Source: a virus
Length of the DNA stretch: 64,000 nucleotides
Strand: one strand, 5' to 3'
IMG/VR virus record: IMGVR_UViG_3300009169_000001
Location: 1 to 64,000 of that record
How positions within the stretch are numbered: the first letter of the stretch is position 1; each line of letters starts with the position of its first letter. The translations under genes were made by a program, and so were the position numbers. This document shows positions 48,474-56,780 of the stretch, piece after piece. Under the pieces are notes generated by a model that saw only the letters and a list, made by a program, of their open reading frames with translations, did no database searches and was not told the origin of the DNA.

Positions 48474-50319
48474 GGGGCAGGCGATTCTACAAAGTCTGCA
48501 GGCCCGCCTCCCGGCGGTGTTGGCGACCATGCAGACCAAGAGCCAGAAGGTCGAGTTCCTGCAGCGCTTTCACGACCACGTCGCCAATGATGAGTGGGAC
48601 AAGCTATCCGAGATCGTTGAGACCAAGGCGACCCGGACGGTGGGAATCAAGGAGTTCATCGAGAGCCGGGACTTCCTGAACATGCGGGACGTGCTGTACC
48701 CGATCGTGATGGATGAGATCCAGCAGATGAACGGCGGCGACTACGTGGAGCTGGTGCTGACCGGGGCCATCGGGACAGGCAAGACGACCATCGCCCTGAT
48801 CACCACCGCCTACCAGCTTTATCTGCTCGCCCAGTACGACTATCCCCAGAGAAAATTCGGCCTAGACCCGGCCTCCGAGATCGTGTTCATCTTCCAGTCG
48901 CTCAACGCCAAGCTGGCCAAAGACGTGGACTACGCCCGCTTCAAAGCCATGATCGACGGTAGCCCATGGTTCCAGCAGCACTTCCGTTACGACAAGACCA
49001 TCGAGTCGGAGCTACAGTTTCCGAATCGCATTATCGTCAAGCCGGTGTCCGGGGCCGAGACTGCGGCGATAGGCCAGAACGTGTTCGGTGGCGTGATCGA
49101 CGAATTGAACTTCATGGCCAAGATCGAGGGATCGAAGCGATCCGTGGATGGCGGCAACTACGATCAGGCGACCTCGCTGTACAACAGCATCGCCCGACGC
49201 CGGAAGTCCCGCTTCATGAAGCAGGGCAAGATGCCCGGCATCCTGTGTCTGGTATCGTCTGTCCGCTACCCCGGACAGTTCACCGACACCAAGATCGAGG
49301 AGCAGCGCCGGGACATCGACCGCCACGGGTCCAGCACCATCTTCGTCTACAACAAGACCACATGGGGCATCAAGCCGCCGGGGACTTTCACCGGGTCATG
49401 GTTCGAGGTGTTCACCGGCAGCGCCAGCCGTTCGCCCCGGATCCTCCAGCCCAACGAGGTTCTGCTCCCGGAGGATCAGCGACTGGTGATCTCAATCCCG
49501 GAGGAGTACCGGACCGAGTTCGAGAAGGACATGATGAACGCCCTGCGCGACATCGCCGGTGTGGCGACGCTGGCCATGCACCCGTACATCATCGTTACCG
49601 AGAAGATCACCGAGTGCGCCGACCCGAAGCTCCCGGTCCTGCTCAGCCGGAACGAGGTGGACTTCGTGGACACCAAGCTCAAGATCTATCCGGAGCGGAT
49701 CACGAACCCGACCTACCCACGCTTCGCTCACGTGGACTTGGGCCTGACCGGGGACAGCGCCGGTGTGGTCATTGGGCACGTGGTGGGCTTCATGGATTGT
49801 GACCGGGGAGACCACATCGAGCAGGCCCCCAAGATTGTGATCGATGCGATACTGGAGGTGTCACCGCCGAGGAACGGGGAGATCCTGTTCTGGAAGATCC
49901 GGGACGTGTTCTACGCCCTGAAGAAATTCGGGATGAACATCAAGTGGATCACCTTCGACAGCTACCAGTCCGCTGACTCCCTGCAGCTGCTGAGGCAGGC
50001 GGGGTTCATCGCCGACATTCAGTCCATGGACAAGAGCATTGATCCGTACGAGTACACCAAGTCCGCGATCTACGATGGCCGCCTGAAATTCAACCCGCAC
50101 CCTAAGCTGCAGCGCGAGCTGGCCTCACTGGAGCTGGACACCAAGCGCGGCAAGGTGGACCACCCGCCCGGTGGCTCCAAAGACTGCTCCGATGCGCTGG
50201 CTGGCGTGGTCTACGGCCTGACCATGCGCCGAGAGGTCTGGGCGATTTTTGGCGTAAGGCCGCTGAACATGCCGACCAAGGTCAAGGCCGTGCTGGCAGC
50301 CCAGAAGCCCGACAAGTAG
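48463..50319 (+). CDS. terL: Terminase large subunit
   Basis: Walker A GAIGTGKT, Walker B GVIDE, RNase H-like HVDLG..GDSAG, TFDSYQS, DHP..GSKD.SDA. Confidence 0.9.
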   Translation: MTPKGQAILQSLQARLPAVLATMQTKSQKVEFLQRFHDHVANDEWDKLSEIVETKATRTVGIKEFIESRDFLNMRDVLYPIVMDEIQQMNGGDYVELVLTGAIGTGKTTIALITTAYQLYLLAQYDYPQRKFGLDPASEIVFIFQSLNAKLAKDVDYARFKAMIDGSPWFQQHFRYDKTIESELQFPNRIIVKPVSGAETAAIGQNVFGGVIDELNFMAKIEGSKRSVDGGNYDQATSLYNSIARRRKSRFMKQGKMPGILCLVSSVRYPGQFTDTKIEEQRRDIDRHGSSTIFVYNKTTWGIKPPGTFTGSWFEVFTGSASRSPRILQPNEVLLPEDQRLVISIPEEYRTEFEKDMMNALRDIAGVATLAMHPYIIVTEKITECADPKLPVLLSRNEVDFVDTKLKIYPERITNPTYPRFAHVDLGLTGDSAGVVIGHVVGFMDCDRGDHIEQAPKIVIDAILEVSPPRNGEILFWKIRDVFYALKKFGMNIKWITFDSYQSADSLQLLRQAGFIADIQSMDKSIDPYEYTKSAIYDGRLKFNPHPKLQRELASLELDTKRGKVDHPPGGSKDCSDALAGVVYGLTMRREVWAIFGVRPLNMPTKVKAVLAAQKPDK

Positions 50320-50398
50320 TGCACTTAATTGCACCCTAGCGATTGACAGGTACTTCGCCCATCCGCACTCTTTAGGTAGGGACGGGGGAGGGCTTGTT

Positions 50399-50605
50399 AT
50401 GTTTGGAATCGATATCCACACGGTGGTGAATTTTATGAAGAGGCACCGTGGCATGTGGGAGCACAAGACGGTGTTTGACCGCAAAAAAATGCGGTACACC
50501 ACGAAGGTGTACATCGCAGGCGAACTGTTTACTGAAGAGGTGCTGGACGTTCAGCCCTTGGCCGACGCCATCATGGAGATGATGTCGGCTAAAAAAGCGT
50601 CATAG
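50399..50605 (+). CDS. Hypothetical protein
   Basis: 68 aa after a TTGACA promoter-like site at 50343. Confidence 0.5.
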   Translation: MFGIDIHTVVNFMKRHRGMWEHKTVFDRKKMRYTTKVYIAGELFTEEVLDVQPLADAIMEMMSAKKAS

Positions 50606-50767
50606 TGCTGCGGGGCTCACCGGGACATCCGCCAGCACCACGGCCAGCAGCCCCTGCTTTGACTTCGGCACTTTGAACAGAGCCACCGCTTTCTGCTTGG
50701 CCTCCCAAAGGCTTTGAGCCCCAAACCAGATTTGCTTTCCTTTGTAGTACGCAACGTAGTCGCGCAT
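50600..50767 (-). CDS. Small hypothetical protein (55 aa; not in ORF track)
   Basis: RBS GAGGTG; MRDYVAYYKGKQIWFGAQSLWEAKQKA... Confidence 0.6.
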   Translation of the reverse strand: MRDYVAYYKGKQIWFGAQSLWEAKQKAVALFKVPKSKQGLLAVVLADVPVSPAAL

Positions 50768-50778
50768 ATCACCTCTCC

Positions 50779-51009
50779 CTAGAGTTTTACTTCTTCTTCC
50801 AAGACCTTGAAGATCCCATCCGCGTCATCGCAGTGTGCGACCCGTTTCCCGGCCCACTCATTGCCATGGACCCAGAAATATCGCACCAGCAGGTAGTCGC
50901 CACCCACACCTCTGCAGACCGACAGCCTCACGTAGCTGCCAATGGCCATGTGGGAGACGACTTCATAACCGTCTTCCTCATAGGCCCGCACGTCCAGTAG
51001 TCCAGCCAT
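50779..51009 (-). CDS. Hypothetical protein
   Basis: RBS AAGGAGGAGG; driven by the leftward promoter. Confidence 0.65.
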   Translation of the reverse strand: MAGLLDVRAYEEDGYEVVSHMAIGSYVRLSVCRGVGGDYLLVRYFWVHGNEWAGKRVAHCDDADGIFKVLEEEVKL

Positions 51010-51045
51010 CTCAACCTCCTCCTTGAAACTCCCACCAACAAGGAC

Positions 51046-51106
51046 ACCTTAGCATAGTATTACTAGTAATGCAACATTTGACAAACACGTACGACTATGA
51101 TACAGT
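51046..51106. promoter_or_regulatory. Back-to-back divergent sigma70 promoters, each with an operator-like spacer
   Basis: Leftward TTGCAT-17-TAAGGT (spacer contains ACTAGTAATACTATG); rightward TTGACA-17-TACAGT (spacer contains CGTACGACTATG). Confidence 0.7.
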
Positions 51107-51149
51107 GCTTATATCGGGGGTAGTTCCCCCAGCCACTGAAGGAGCGATC

Positions 51150-51359
51150 ATGGCGAAGGTAAAGAAGGCCCCACCCCCCCTAGTCCGCAACGAGAAGATC
51201 CCGAAGCTCGTTAAAGCGTTCGACGGGTCGGACCTCAAGAAATGGCGACTGCCCGCCCTGCTCAAAGAACGGGCGGCACTGATCCGGGACGCGGAGCGCG
51301 GGCGCCCCGCCCCGCAGGCGCTGGCGGAAGTGGAGCGTGCAATCGAGGAGCGAAGCTGA
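51150..51359 (+). CDS. Hypothetical protein
   Basis: RBS GAAGGAG before ATG 51150. Confidence 0.6.
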   Translation: MAKVKKAPPPLVRNEKIPKLVKAFDGSDLKKWRLPALLKERAALIRDAERGRPAPQALAEVERAIEERS

Positions 51360-51601
51360 TGAGCTACAGCACGGTGTACAAGCACAAGGTGTCCAAGAAA
51401 AAGGCGGCGTCGGGTGGCTACCCGGATGGTTGGGACTGGGCCATCTACACGACCAAGTCGAACACCGACCATCACCTGTTCCTGAGGGAGTTCCATGGGG
51501 GTAAGACTTACCGTGATCTGAAGTGGGCAACGACCCATCTGGTCTGCGGGATGTTCCCGATCCCAGTCCCCATGGTAAACGCGGCGGAGGAGGTCCAGTG
51601 A
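51359..51601 (+). CDS. Hypothetical protein
   Basis: TGATG coupling; MSYSTVYKHK... Confidence 0.55.
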   Translation: MSYSTVYKHKVSKKKAASGGYPDGWDWAIYTTKSNTDHHLFLREFHGGKTYRDLKWATTHLVCGMFPIPVPMVNAAEEVQ

Positions 51602-52014
51602 AATTAACTGCAATACAGGGTAAGAATTCTTACTGCGGTCCAGCGGCGATCGCGGCCATCGTCGGCATCTCTACCGATGCAGCGGCCAAGGCCATCCGGG
51701 AGACCGGGTACAAGCGCAAGTCAGTTCGCAGGCTCCACCCGGAGGAGCTGGAGTGGGCACTGGCCAAGCTGGGGTACGCTGTCCACTACCAGCAGATGTC
51801 CCCTTCCGATACGCCGACCTTGGCCAAGTGGATCCGCGACCGCGAGGACCGTGCGGCGGTCAACATCGTGTACGTGACCGGGCACTACGCCGTGGTCTCT
51901 GGCAATAAGTACATCGACAACCATACCAAGGAGGCGGTGTGGATCAGCAAAGCACCGGGCCGCAGGAAGCGCGTGAAGGGTGTGCTCACCGTGGAGAAAA
52001 AAGCATGCAAGTGA
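51598..52014 (+). CDS. Papain-like (C39-related) cysteine peptidase-fold protein
   Basis: YCGPAAIA...GHYAVV...YIDN; GTG start with RBS GGAGGAGG. Confidence 0.55.
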   Translation: MKLTAIQGKNSYCGPAAIAAIVGISTDAAAKAIRETGYKRKSVRRLHPEELEWALAKLGYAVHYQQMSPSDTPTLAKWIRDREDRAAVNIVYVTGHYAVVSGNKYIDNHTKEAVWISKAPGRRKRVKGVLTVEKKACK

Positions 52015-52193
52015 TTGTGACGTTGGACTACTACGATGGCAGCAAGGGTAAGTCCATTGTGGTGGCTGCGGAGGACATCCCCTCCCGGACGTTGATGTTC
52101 AAGATGATGGAGTCGGGCGTGTGCGGGTACACCGTGACCCGGCTGGATACGCTGGGCAAATTGATGGAGCGCATGGCTCCGGAGGACGGTTGA
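52005..52193 (+). CDS. Hypothetical protein
   Basis: MQVIVTLDYYDG... Confidence 0.5.
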   Translation: MQVIVTLDYYDGSKGKSIVVAAEDIPSRTLMFKMMESGVCGYTVTRLDTLGKLMERMAPEDG

Positions 52194-53012
52194 ATGTTAC
52201 GAGTGGAGGAAGCACTGGAGGCCACGGTCCGGGCCTTACAGCTGGGCGATGACGCCCCGGCGGGCCGAGAGCGTTATGGCGACCTACTGGATAGGCTGCG
52301 CGTAAGTCAGCATTTCTTGGTGCCCGACAGTGTGGCCGATCAGCTGAGTGAACGCATGCCTGCGGTGGATCTTTTAACGGTAAGTTTTCCGTTCCCCTGC
52401 AACTACCTGCAGATCGACAGAGTGAGCTACCCGAAGGTGGACCAGCTCGGATTCTTTTTTCTGCAAGGCGTTGGCCTGATGGGCTTGGACCGGTCTACCC
52501 CCACCGTACCCGGTATCTACAGCGCGATCATGGTGCTCTTCCCGGACCGCAATCTGTCGACGACCCCAAACATGGTGGCCTGTTTGACTGTGTGGGCGGA
52601 CGGAGAGGTAACCCTCTCGACCATGGCAGACGGCGACGCGGAAGCACCCTCACACACGCGGGAGATTCTGAAGTCGGAGATAGCGCGGGCCCTGAATGTG
52701 ATGAGCGCTACGACCGAGGGCGTGCTCACCCAGTACGTCCCCAGCACTCTCCGTCGGAAGGCCAAGGCGAAGCACAAGCACAAGCATCCGCTGATTCAGT
52801 ACAAGCTGCTCAAGCTGGACCTGTCTAAGCTGGAGGTACGACCGGTCCCCGGTGGTGGCCACCACGCCAGCCCCCGGCTGCACCTGAGGCGTGGGCACTG
52901 GCGGGCCTACAAGTCCGGACACCGGAAGTGGATCAACCCGATGTGGGTCGGTGACAAGGAGAAGGGGATGGTGGTCAAAAGTTATTCCATTGCGGCCACC
53001 CGAAACCCTTGA
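52194..53012 (+). CDS. Hypothetical phage protein with SPRLHLRRGHWR motif
   Basis: Basic His/Arg C-terminal motif recurrent in phage proteins. Confidence 0.65.
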   Translation: MLRVEEALEATVRALQLGDDAPAGRERYGDLLDRLRVSQHFLVPDSVADQLSERMPAVDLLTVSFPFPCNYLQIDRVSYPKVDQLGFFFLQGVGLMGLDRSTPTVPGIYSAIMVLFPDRNLSTTPNMVACLTVWADGEVTLSTMADGDAEAPSHTREILKSEIARALNVMSATTEGVLTQYVPSTLRRKAKAKHKHKHPLIQYKLLKLDLSKLEVRPVPGGGHHASPRLHLRRGHWRAYKSGHRKWINPMWVGDKEKGMVVKSYSIAATRNP

Positions 53013-53039
53013 CACCCTAGTACCACTATGTCATAGTTA
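53009..53039 (+). promoter_or_regulatory. Promoter/operator cassette copy 1 (31-bp direct repeat)
   Basis: TTGACACCCTAGTACCACTATGTCATAGTTA; TTGACA-17-CATAGT. Confidence 0.8.
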
Positions 53040-53073
53040 GCTCGTGGTTGGGAAATGTTGAAGGAGCAATGAG

Positions 53074-53289
53074 ATGGACGCGATAAAACTGGCAGTGAAA
53101 ATCATGAACTACGCCGAGGCCCACTACGCTGATGGCAAGGGCTGGGACGTGGTGGTGGAGTGCAACGAGATCCCCGAGATCAAGGACGAGCTGGTCGAGA
53201 TGGGTATCAAGAGCGTCAAGGAGTACTATGACAGGGTGGTCGCCCCCTACCACGAATACGCGATGGAAATAGCTTCTTCCGCCTACTAA
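53074..53289 (+). CDS. Hypothetical acidic protein
   Basis: YA..HY..G.GWDVVVEC; RBS GAAGGAG. Confidence 0.65.
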   Translation: MDAIKLAVKIMNYAEAHYADGKGWDVVVECNEIPEIKDELVEMGIKSVKEYYDRVVAPYHEYAMEIASSAY

Positions 53290-53299
53290 GGAGAGTGCC

Positions 53300-53443
53300 A
53301 TGGACCTGAAATACTTTGAATGGAAAGCTCGGATGGCCGCCCCCCAGCGGTCCCTGTCTGACTACTACAAGGCCGTGAAGTGGCCTAACGACTGCCCGGT
53401 CCGTCCGGTGCCAGTAAAGGCCGCCCCGGCCAAGGACGCTTAA
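53300..53443 (+). CDS. Small hypothetical protein (47 aa; not in ORF track)
   Basis: RBS TAAGGAG; TAATG coupling to next gene. Confidence 0.55.
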   Translation: MDLKYFEWKARMAAPQRSLSDYYKAVKWPNDCPVRPVPVKAAPAKDA

Positions 53444-53643
53444 TGAACCATTCCCCGAGGGGTAACCTTATCCCCCAGACGGTAGAGTCGCTGCAGGAAG
53501 TGATGGCGGCTGACGCCGTCCTGATGGAGAAAATGGGCCAGAAGATTGCTGAGCTGGAAAAGACGCTCAAGGCCCGAAACGAGACGATTGCCAAGCTGCT
53601 GAGGCAGCGAGAAATACTTAGGGCGCTCAATAAAAAACGTTGA
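53443..53643 (+). CDS. Coiled-coil hypothetical protein
   Basis: 66 aa with heptad pattern. Confidence 0.55.
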   Translation: MNHSPRGNLIPQTVESLQEVMAADAVLMEKMGQKIAELEKTLKARNETIAKLLRQREILRALNKKR

Positions 53644-53670
53644 CACCCTAGTACCACTATGTCATAGTTA
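53640..53670 (+). promoter_or_regulatory. Promoter/operator cassette copy 2
   Basis: Identical to 53009-53039. Confidence 0.8.
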
Positions 53671-53704
53671 CTTCGTGGTTTGGATTTTCGAAGGAGCGAG
53701 AAAA

Positions 53705-54577
53705 ATGGGATATTTTCTGAGGGATGGGAGACCGGTCGCCGACCCAATGGTGCTGGTCGAAATCAAGTCGGTCAACGAGGCCAAGGTCCGGGTTTGGGAA
53801 GACTGCAACAGGTGTTGCGGCAAGGGGCATATCCCCTACTACAGCCACATCGCCGGTGGCGTGTGCTTCGCCTGCGGGGACTCAAAAGGTTGGTGGAAAC
53901 TGAAGCCCTGCTACTCTGCGGAGAAGCTGGCCAAGCTGGTCGCCGCCGCCGATAAGAAGGCGGATGAAAAAGCGGCCAAGATCGCGGCCAAGAAGGCAGC
54001 GGCCCTGAGCGCCTCGATCGCCAAAGTCGGTGCTGACCTCTGGGCGGATATCGACGGCTGGGTCAATGGGCTGGGCCTGAACGCCAACTGGGATGATGCC
54101 TACGATCACAACGCCGATGTCTACGACGGCCTGAACAAGTGGGACAGGATAATCATCGACCTCCACGGCAAGGCCGGGGCGGCGGTCGACGGCGGCCTCT
54201 CTGACAAGGCGGCGGATTTCCTGAAAAGCCTCTGGGCCAACAAAGTCAAGTTCGCCGCTGAGAAGGCGGCCAAGGACGCTGAGGCGGTGGACGTTCCCGC
54301 CGGGCGCTATGAGGTGAAGGGCAAGGTCCTGAGCATCAAGGAGTACCACGGGGACTACGGTGTGGTCTTCAAGATGCTGGTAGACTGCGGTGACTACCGC
54401 GTGTTCGGGTCGGTTCCGGCCTCGATCAGGAAGGAAGCCCTCGCTGAGGACTGCATCCTGCAGATGGCTCTGGTCGGGAAGGTGGTCAAGTTCTCCGGGG
54501 AGTTTGAGCCGAAGGAAAAAGGTTTCGGGTTCTTCAGCCGCCCAAGCAAGGCTGAGATGGTCAAGGAGGAAGCGTGA
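53705..54577 (+). CDS. Zn-finger + OB-fold-like protein
   Basis: CNRCCGKG...GVCFACG; C-terminal GKVLSIK...YG...KMLV...FSRP. Confidence 0.6.
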   Translation: MGYFLRDGRPVADPMVLVEIKSVNEAKVRVWEDCNRCCGKGHIPYYSHIAGGVCFACGDSKGWWKLKPCYSAEKLAKLVAAADKKADEKAAKIAAKKAAALSASIAKVGADLWADIDGWVNGLGLNANWDDAYDHNADVYDGLNKWDRIIIDLHGKAGAAVDGGLSDKAADFLKSLWANKVKFAAEKAAKDAEAVDVPAGRYEVKGKVLSIKEYHGDYGVVFKMLVDCGDYRVFGSVPASIRKEALAEDCILQMALVGKVVKFSGEFEPKEKGFGFFSRPSKAEMVKEEA

Positions 54578-54858
54578 TGAAGATGGACGTTTACATTGGT
54601 GACTTCAGGGACCGGTTCAAAGCCATGGGCCGGGATGGGGGCTGGTCTTATGAGGGTCTGGAGGCCCTGTACGATTACCTCGAAGAGATTTTCGATGGTG
54701 AGTACAACTTGGATGTGGTCGAGCTGTGCGGGATCTACTCTGAGTACAAGGACCTTGAAGAGTACAACAAGGACACCGGCAACGACTACGACTGCAGCGA
54801 TGATATCGAAGAGATCGTGGCCAGAGTTGGAGACGACGGATTTATTGTTGCCCGGTAG
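54574..54858 (+). CDS. Acidic hypothetical protein
   Basis: F..RF..MGR...SYEGLEALYDYLEE...LDV..LC..YSE. Confidence 0.65.
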   Translation: MMKMDVYIGDFRDRFKAMGRDGGWSYEGLEALYDYLEEIFDGEYNLDVVELCGIYSEYKDLEEYNKDTGNDYDCSDDIEEIVARVGDDGFIVAR

Positions 54859-54871
54859 GGCGGAGGGAGCC

Positions 54872-55048
54872 ATGGACAATTTCGAAGCGGTAGGGCTGGC
54901 AGAAGGTTTCATCGACGGCGACGAGGATCAGGTGATCGAAGCGTGGCAGCATCTGGTAGACACTGGGCTGGCATGGCAGCTGCAGGGCTTTTTCGGTCGG
55001 CAGGCCCGCGCCATGATCGATGCGGGGGTGATCAATGAAGCCGCTTGA
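54872..55048 (+). CDS. Small hypothetical phage protein
   Basis: WQ.L.DTG.AW.LQG.FGR.A..I..G motif; RBS GGAGGGAG. Confidence 0.65.
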   Translation: MDNFEAVGLAEGFIDGDEDQVIEAWQHLVDTGLAWQLQGFFGRQARAMIDAGVINEAA

Positions 55049-55439
55049 AGATCGGACTTTCAACGAGCTGGTAGAGTGGGCCTCCGGGTATCTGCTCCAG
55101 CAGCTGCTCGCCGGGGACTTCCAGACCGGGGTCTATACGGTGATGAGTACCACGGCCTCGTGGCGCAGGCGGCAGGATGAGCGGGAGCTGGGGCCCAAGC
55201 GCCCGGTGCCCAAGCGCCATGATGGGTCCGCCGGGAAGTACGAAGCGGTCTGCAACTCGGAGCTGAGCACCCGCGCCAAGAACGCCCTGATCCGGGCCAA
55301 CCTGACCGACGCCTATGCGGTGCGGAACGCGATCAAGAATTTTAGCGGAACGGACAAGGTGGGGGCCCTGAAAAAGATCCCCAATATCGGTACCCGTATC
55401 GCTCTGGAGATCATCAACTACTACGAGGTTTGGGAATGA
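55035..55439 (+). CDS. Protein with RNA polymerase alpha-CTD-like domain
   Basis: ELSTRAKNALIRANL...LKKIPNIGTRIALEI matches the alphaCTD HhH pattern. Confidence 0.72.
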   Translation: MKPLEDRTFNELVEWASGYLLQQLLAGDFQTGVYTVMSTTASWRRRQDERELGPKRPVPKRHDGSAGKYEAVCNSELSTRAKNALIRANLTDAYAVRNAIKNFSGTDKVGALKKIPNIGTRIALEIINYYEVWE

Positions 55440-55666
55440 AGTGCGCATGTTGCGGGGAAGAGTGCAAAGCCGTCATCGAGGACCACGGTATCGGGCCCTA
55501 CGAGTTCCAAGGGGCCAAGGGCGTGGACCGGAAGCAGGTGCTCGTCAGCGATTGCTGCGGCGACGCCGTACTCGATGACAACGGTGCCGAATGTGACGTG
55601 GAGGTCCTCGATGATCGAGAGGACGCCCTGATCGAGGACTACGACGACTGGCGTAACGACCGGTGA
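55436..55666 (+). CDS. Small Cys-containing acidic protein
   Basis: CACCG...D.GIG.YEF.GAKG.D....SDCC. Confidence 0.6.
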   Translation: MKCACCGEECKAVIEDHGIGPYEFQGAKGVDRKQVLVSDCCGDAVLDDNGAECDVEVLDDREDALIEDYDDWRNDR

Positions 55667-55825
55667 GCAGACACAATAAGCCCCGGTGCAAGAAGAAAAT
55701 TCTGATGGGCTGGAAGAGCCACCGACGGTGTGCGGTTAGCGTGATGGAGGGGAGCGAGTACTGCTGCCACCATCAGCCGACACTGATTTATTTCAATGAC
55801 ATTAATTGCACTAAGGAGAAGGACA

Positions 55826-56011
55826 ATGGCACAAGAGAAGTGGGATCAGAGCTACAGGGAGAAGAATCAGGGCGCGGGGCTGGTGAAAGTGGCGGTGTGG
55901 ATTCCGGCAGGCCGGAGGGTGGAGCTGAAAGCGCTGGCGGGCGAGTGGCGGAAGGCTGCTCGGGCGGAGGCGGGGGTAAACAAGGGCACCCCGGAGGACT
56001 TGATATCCTAG
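55826..56011 (+). CDS. Small ribbon-helix-like DNA-binding protein
   Basis: YREK...GLVKVAVWIP..RR.ELK..A pattern; RBS TAAGGAG. Confidence 0.55.
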   Translation: MAQEKWDQSYREKNQGAGLVKVAVWIPAGRRVELKALAGEWRKAARAEAGVNKGTPEDLIS

Positions 56012-56028
56012 TACGACTATGGGATAAT
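56000..56028 (+). promoter_or_regulatory. Promoter with operator
   Basis: TTGATA-17-GATAAT; spacer contains CCTAGTACGACTATG. Confidence 0.7.
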
Positions 56029-56065
56029 GTCGCTGGAGGTTTGGTTGTTGTTTCAAGGAGGAAAG

Positions 56066-56377
56066 ATGAGAAAGTTTGACGGTTATAGGGTTGGAGAGAG
56101 AATCAGGGGTTACGACTTCATTTGCGTTTTTGACGTCTACCTCGAAGGGGAAATCGTAGCGGTCCACAGGTGGGGTGAGCCCGGTGTGGATTTCGACTGC
56201 TACGAGGTGAAGGTCGAAAGGCGTGTTGTGAACGGGGAGGACTGCCCGGAATTTTGTGGGGAGCACTTTTACATTCCGATGGAATTGGATATTCTCGATT
56301 TTGATTGGAGGGTGATGCCCGCTGGACACGATAATTTGGCTAGAGAAATTGCAGCGAGAAACAACGCGTGTGGGTGA
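56066..56377 (+). CDS. Hypothetical protein
   Basis: RBS AAGGAGG; SH3-like beta pattern. Confidence 0.6.
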   Translation: MRKFDGYRVGERIRGYDFICVFDVYLEGEIVAVHRWGEPGVDFDCYEVKVERRVVNGEDCPEFCGEHFYIPMELDILDFDWRVMPAGHDNLAREIAARNNACG

Positions 56378-56444
56378 CGGTAGGGTATGCTGCTCTTAGG
56401 TTAGGTGTTGGGAGACTCCGAAACCCTATTGGCAGCATTGCCCG

Positions 56445-56470
56445 CCCTCGGTCTCCGGGGGTTCTTTTTT
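56445..56470 (+). terminator. Putative intrinsic terminator
   Basis: CCCTCGG-TCT-CCGGGGG then TTCTTTTTT. Confidence 0.65.
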
Positions 56471-56480
56471 GGAGCAGCCT

Positions 56481-56717
56481 ATGGCTAACGGAAGGCCCGG
56501 ACCAGCGAAGATCTCAGGGCGTTTCAAATCCCGCGAAGTGCTGGAGCTGTACGTGATACAGGAGCACGAGGCCGGGGAGTACACCAAGGTTATCGCCGAA
56601 AAGGCCGGGATCTCGATCGGCACGGCCACCAACATCATCAAAGACTTCAAGGCCCGGCAGGCACCCCCGGCGTCCGCCGAGAAGCCGAAGCCATGGCTGT
56701 CCCGGAAGTGGCTATGA
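56481..56717 (+). CDS. HTH DNA-binding protein
   Basis: TKVIAEKAGISIGTATNIIK; related to 22156..22419. Confidence 0.7.
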   Translation: MANGRPGPAKISGRFKSREVLELYVIQEHEAGEYTKVIAEKAGISIGTATNIIKDFKARQAPPASAEKPKPWLSRKWL

Positions 56718-56721
56718 GTAT

Positions 56722-56750
56722 TTGACAAAGGGCACCACCCATGTTAAGGT
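56722..56750 (+). promoter_or_regulatory. sigma70-type promoter
   Basis: TTGACA-17-TAAGGT upstream of the PPDK-like gene. Confidence 0.7.
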
Positions 56751-56780
56751 GGTTCCAGAAGTTACGAAGGAGCGGAGAAA

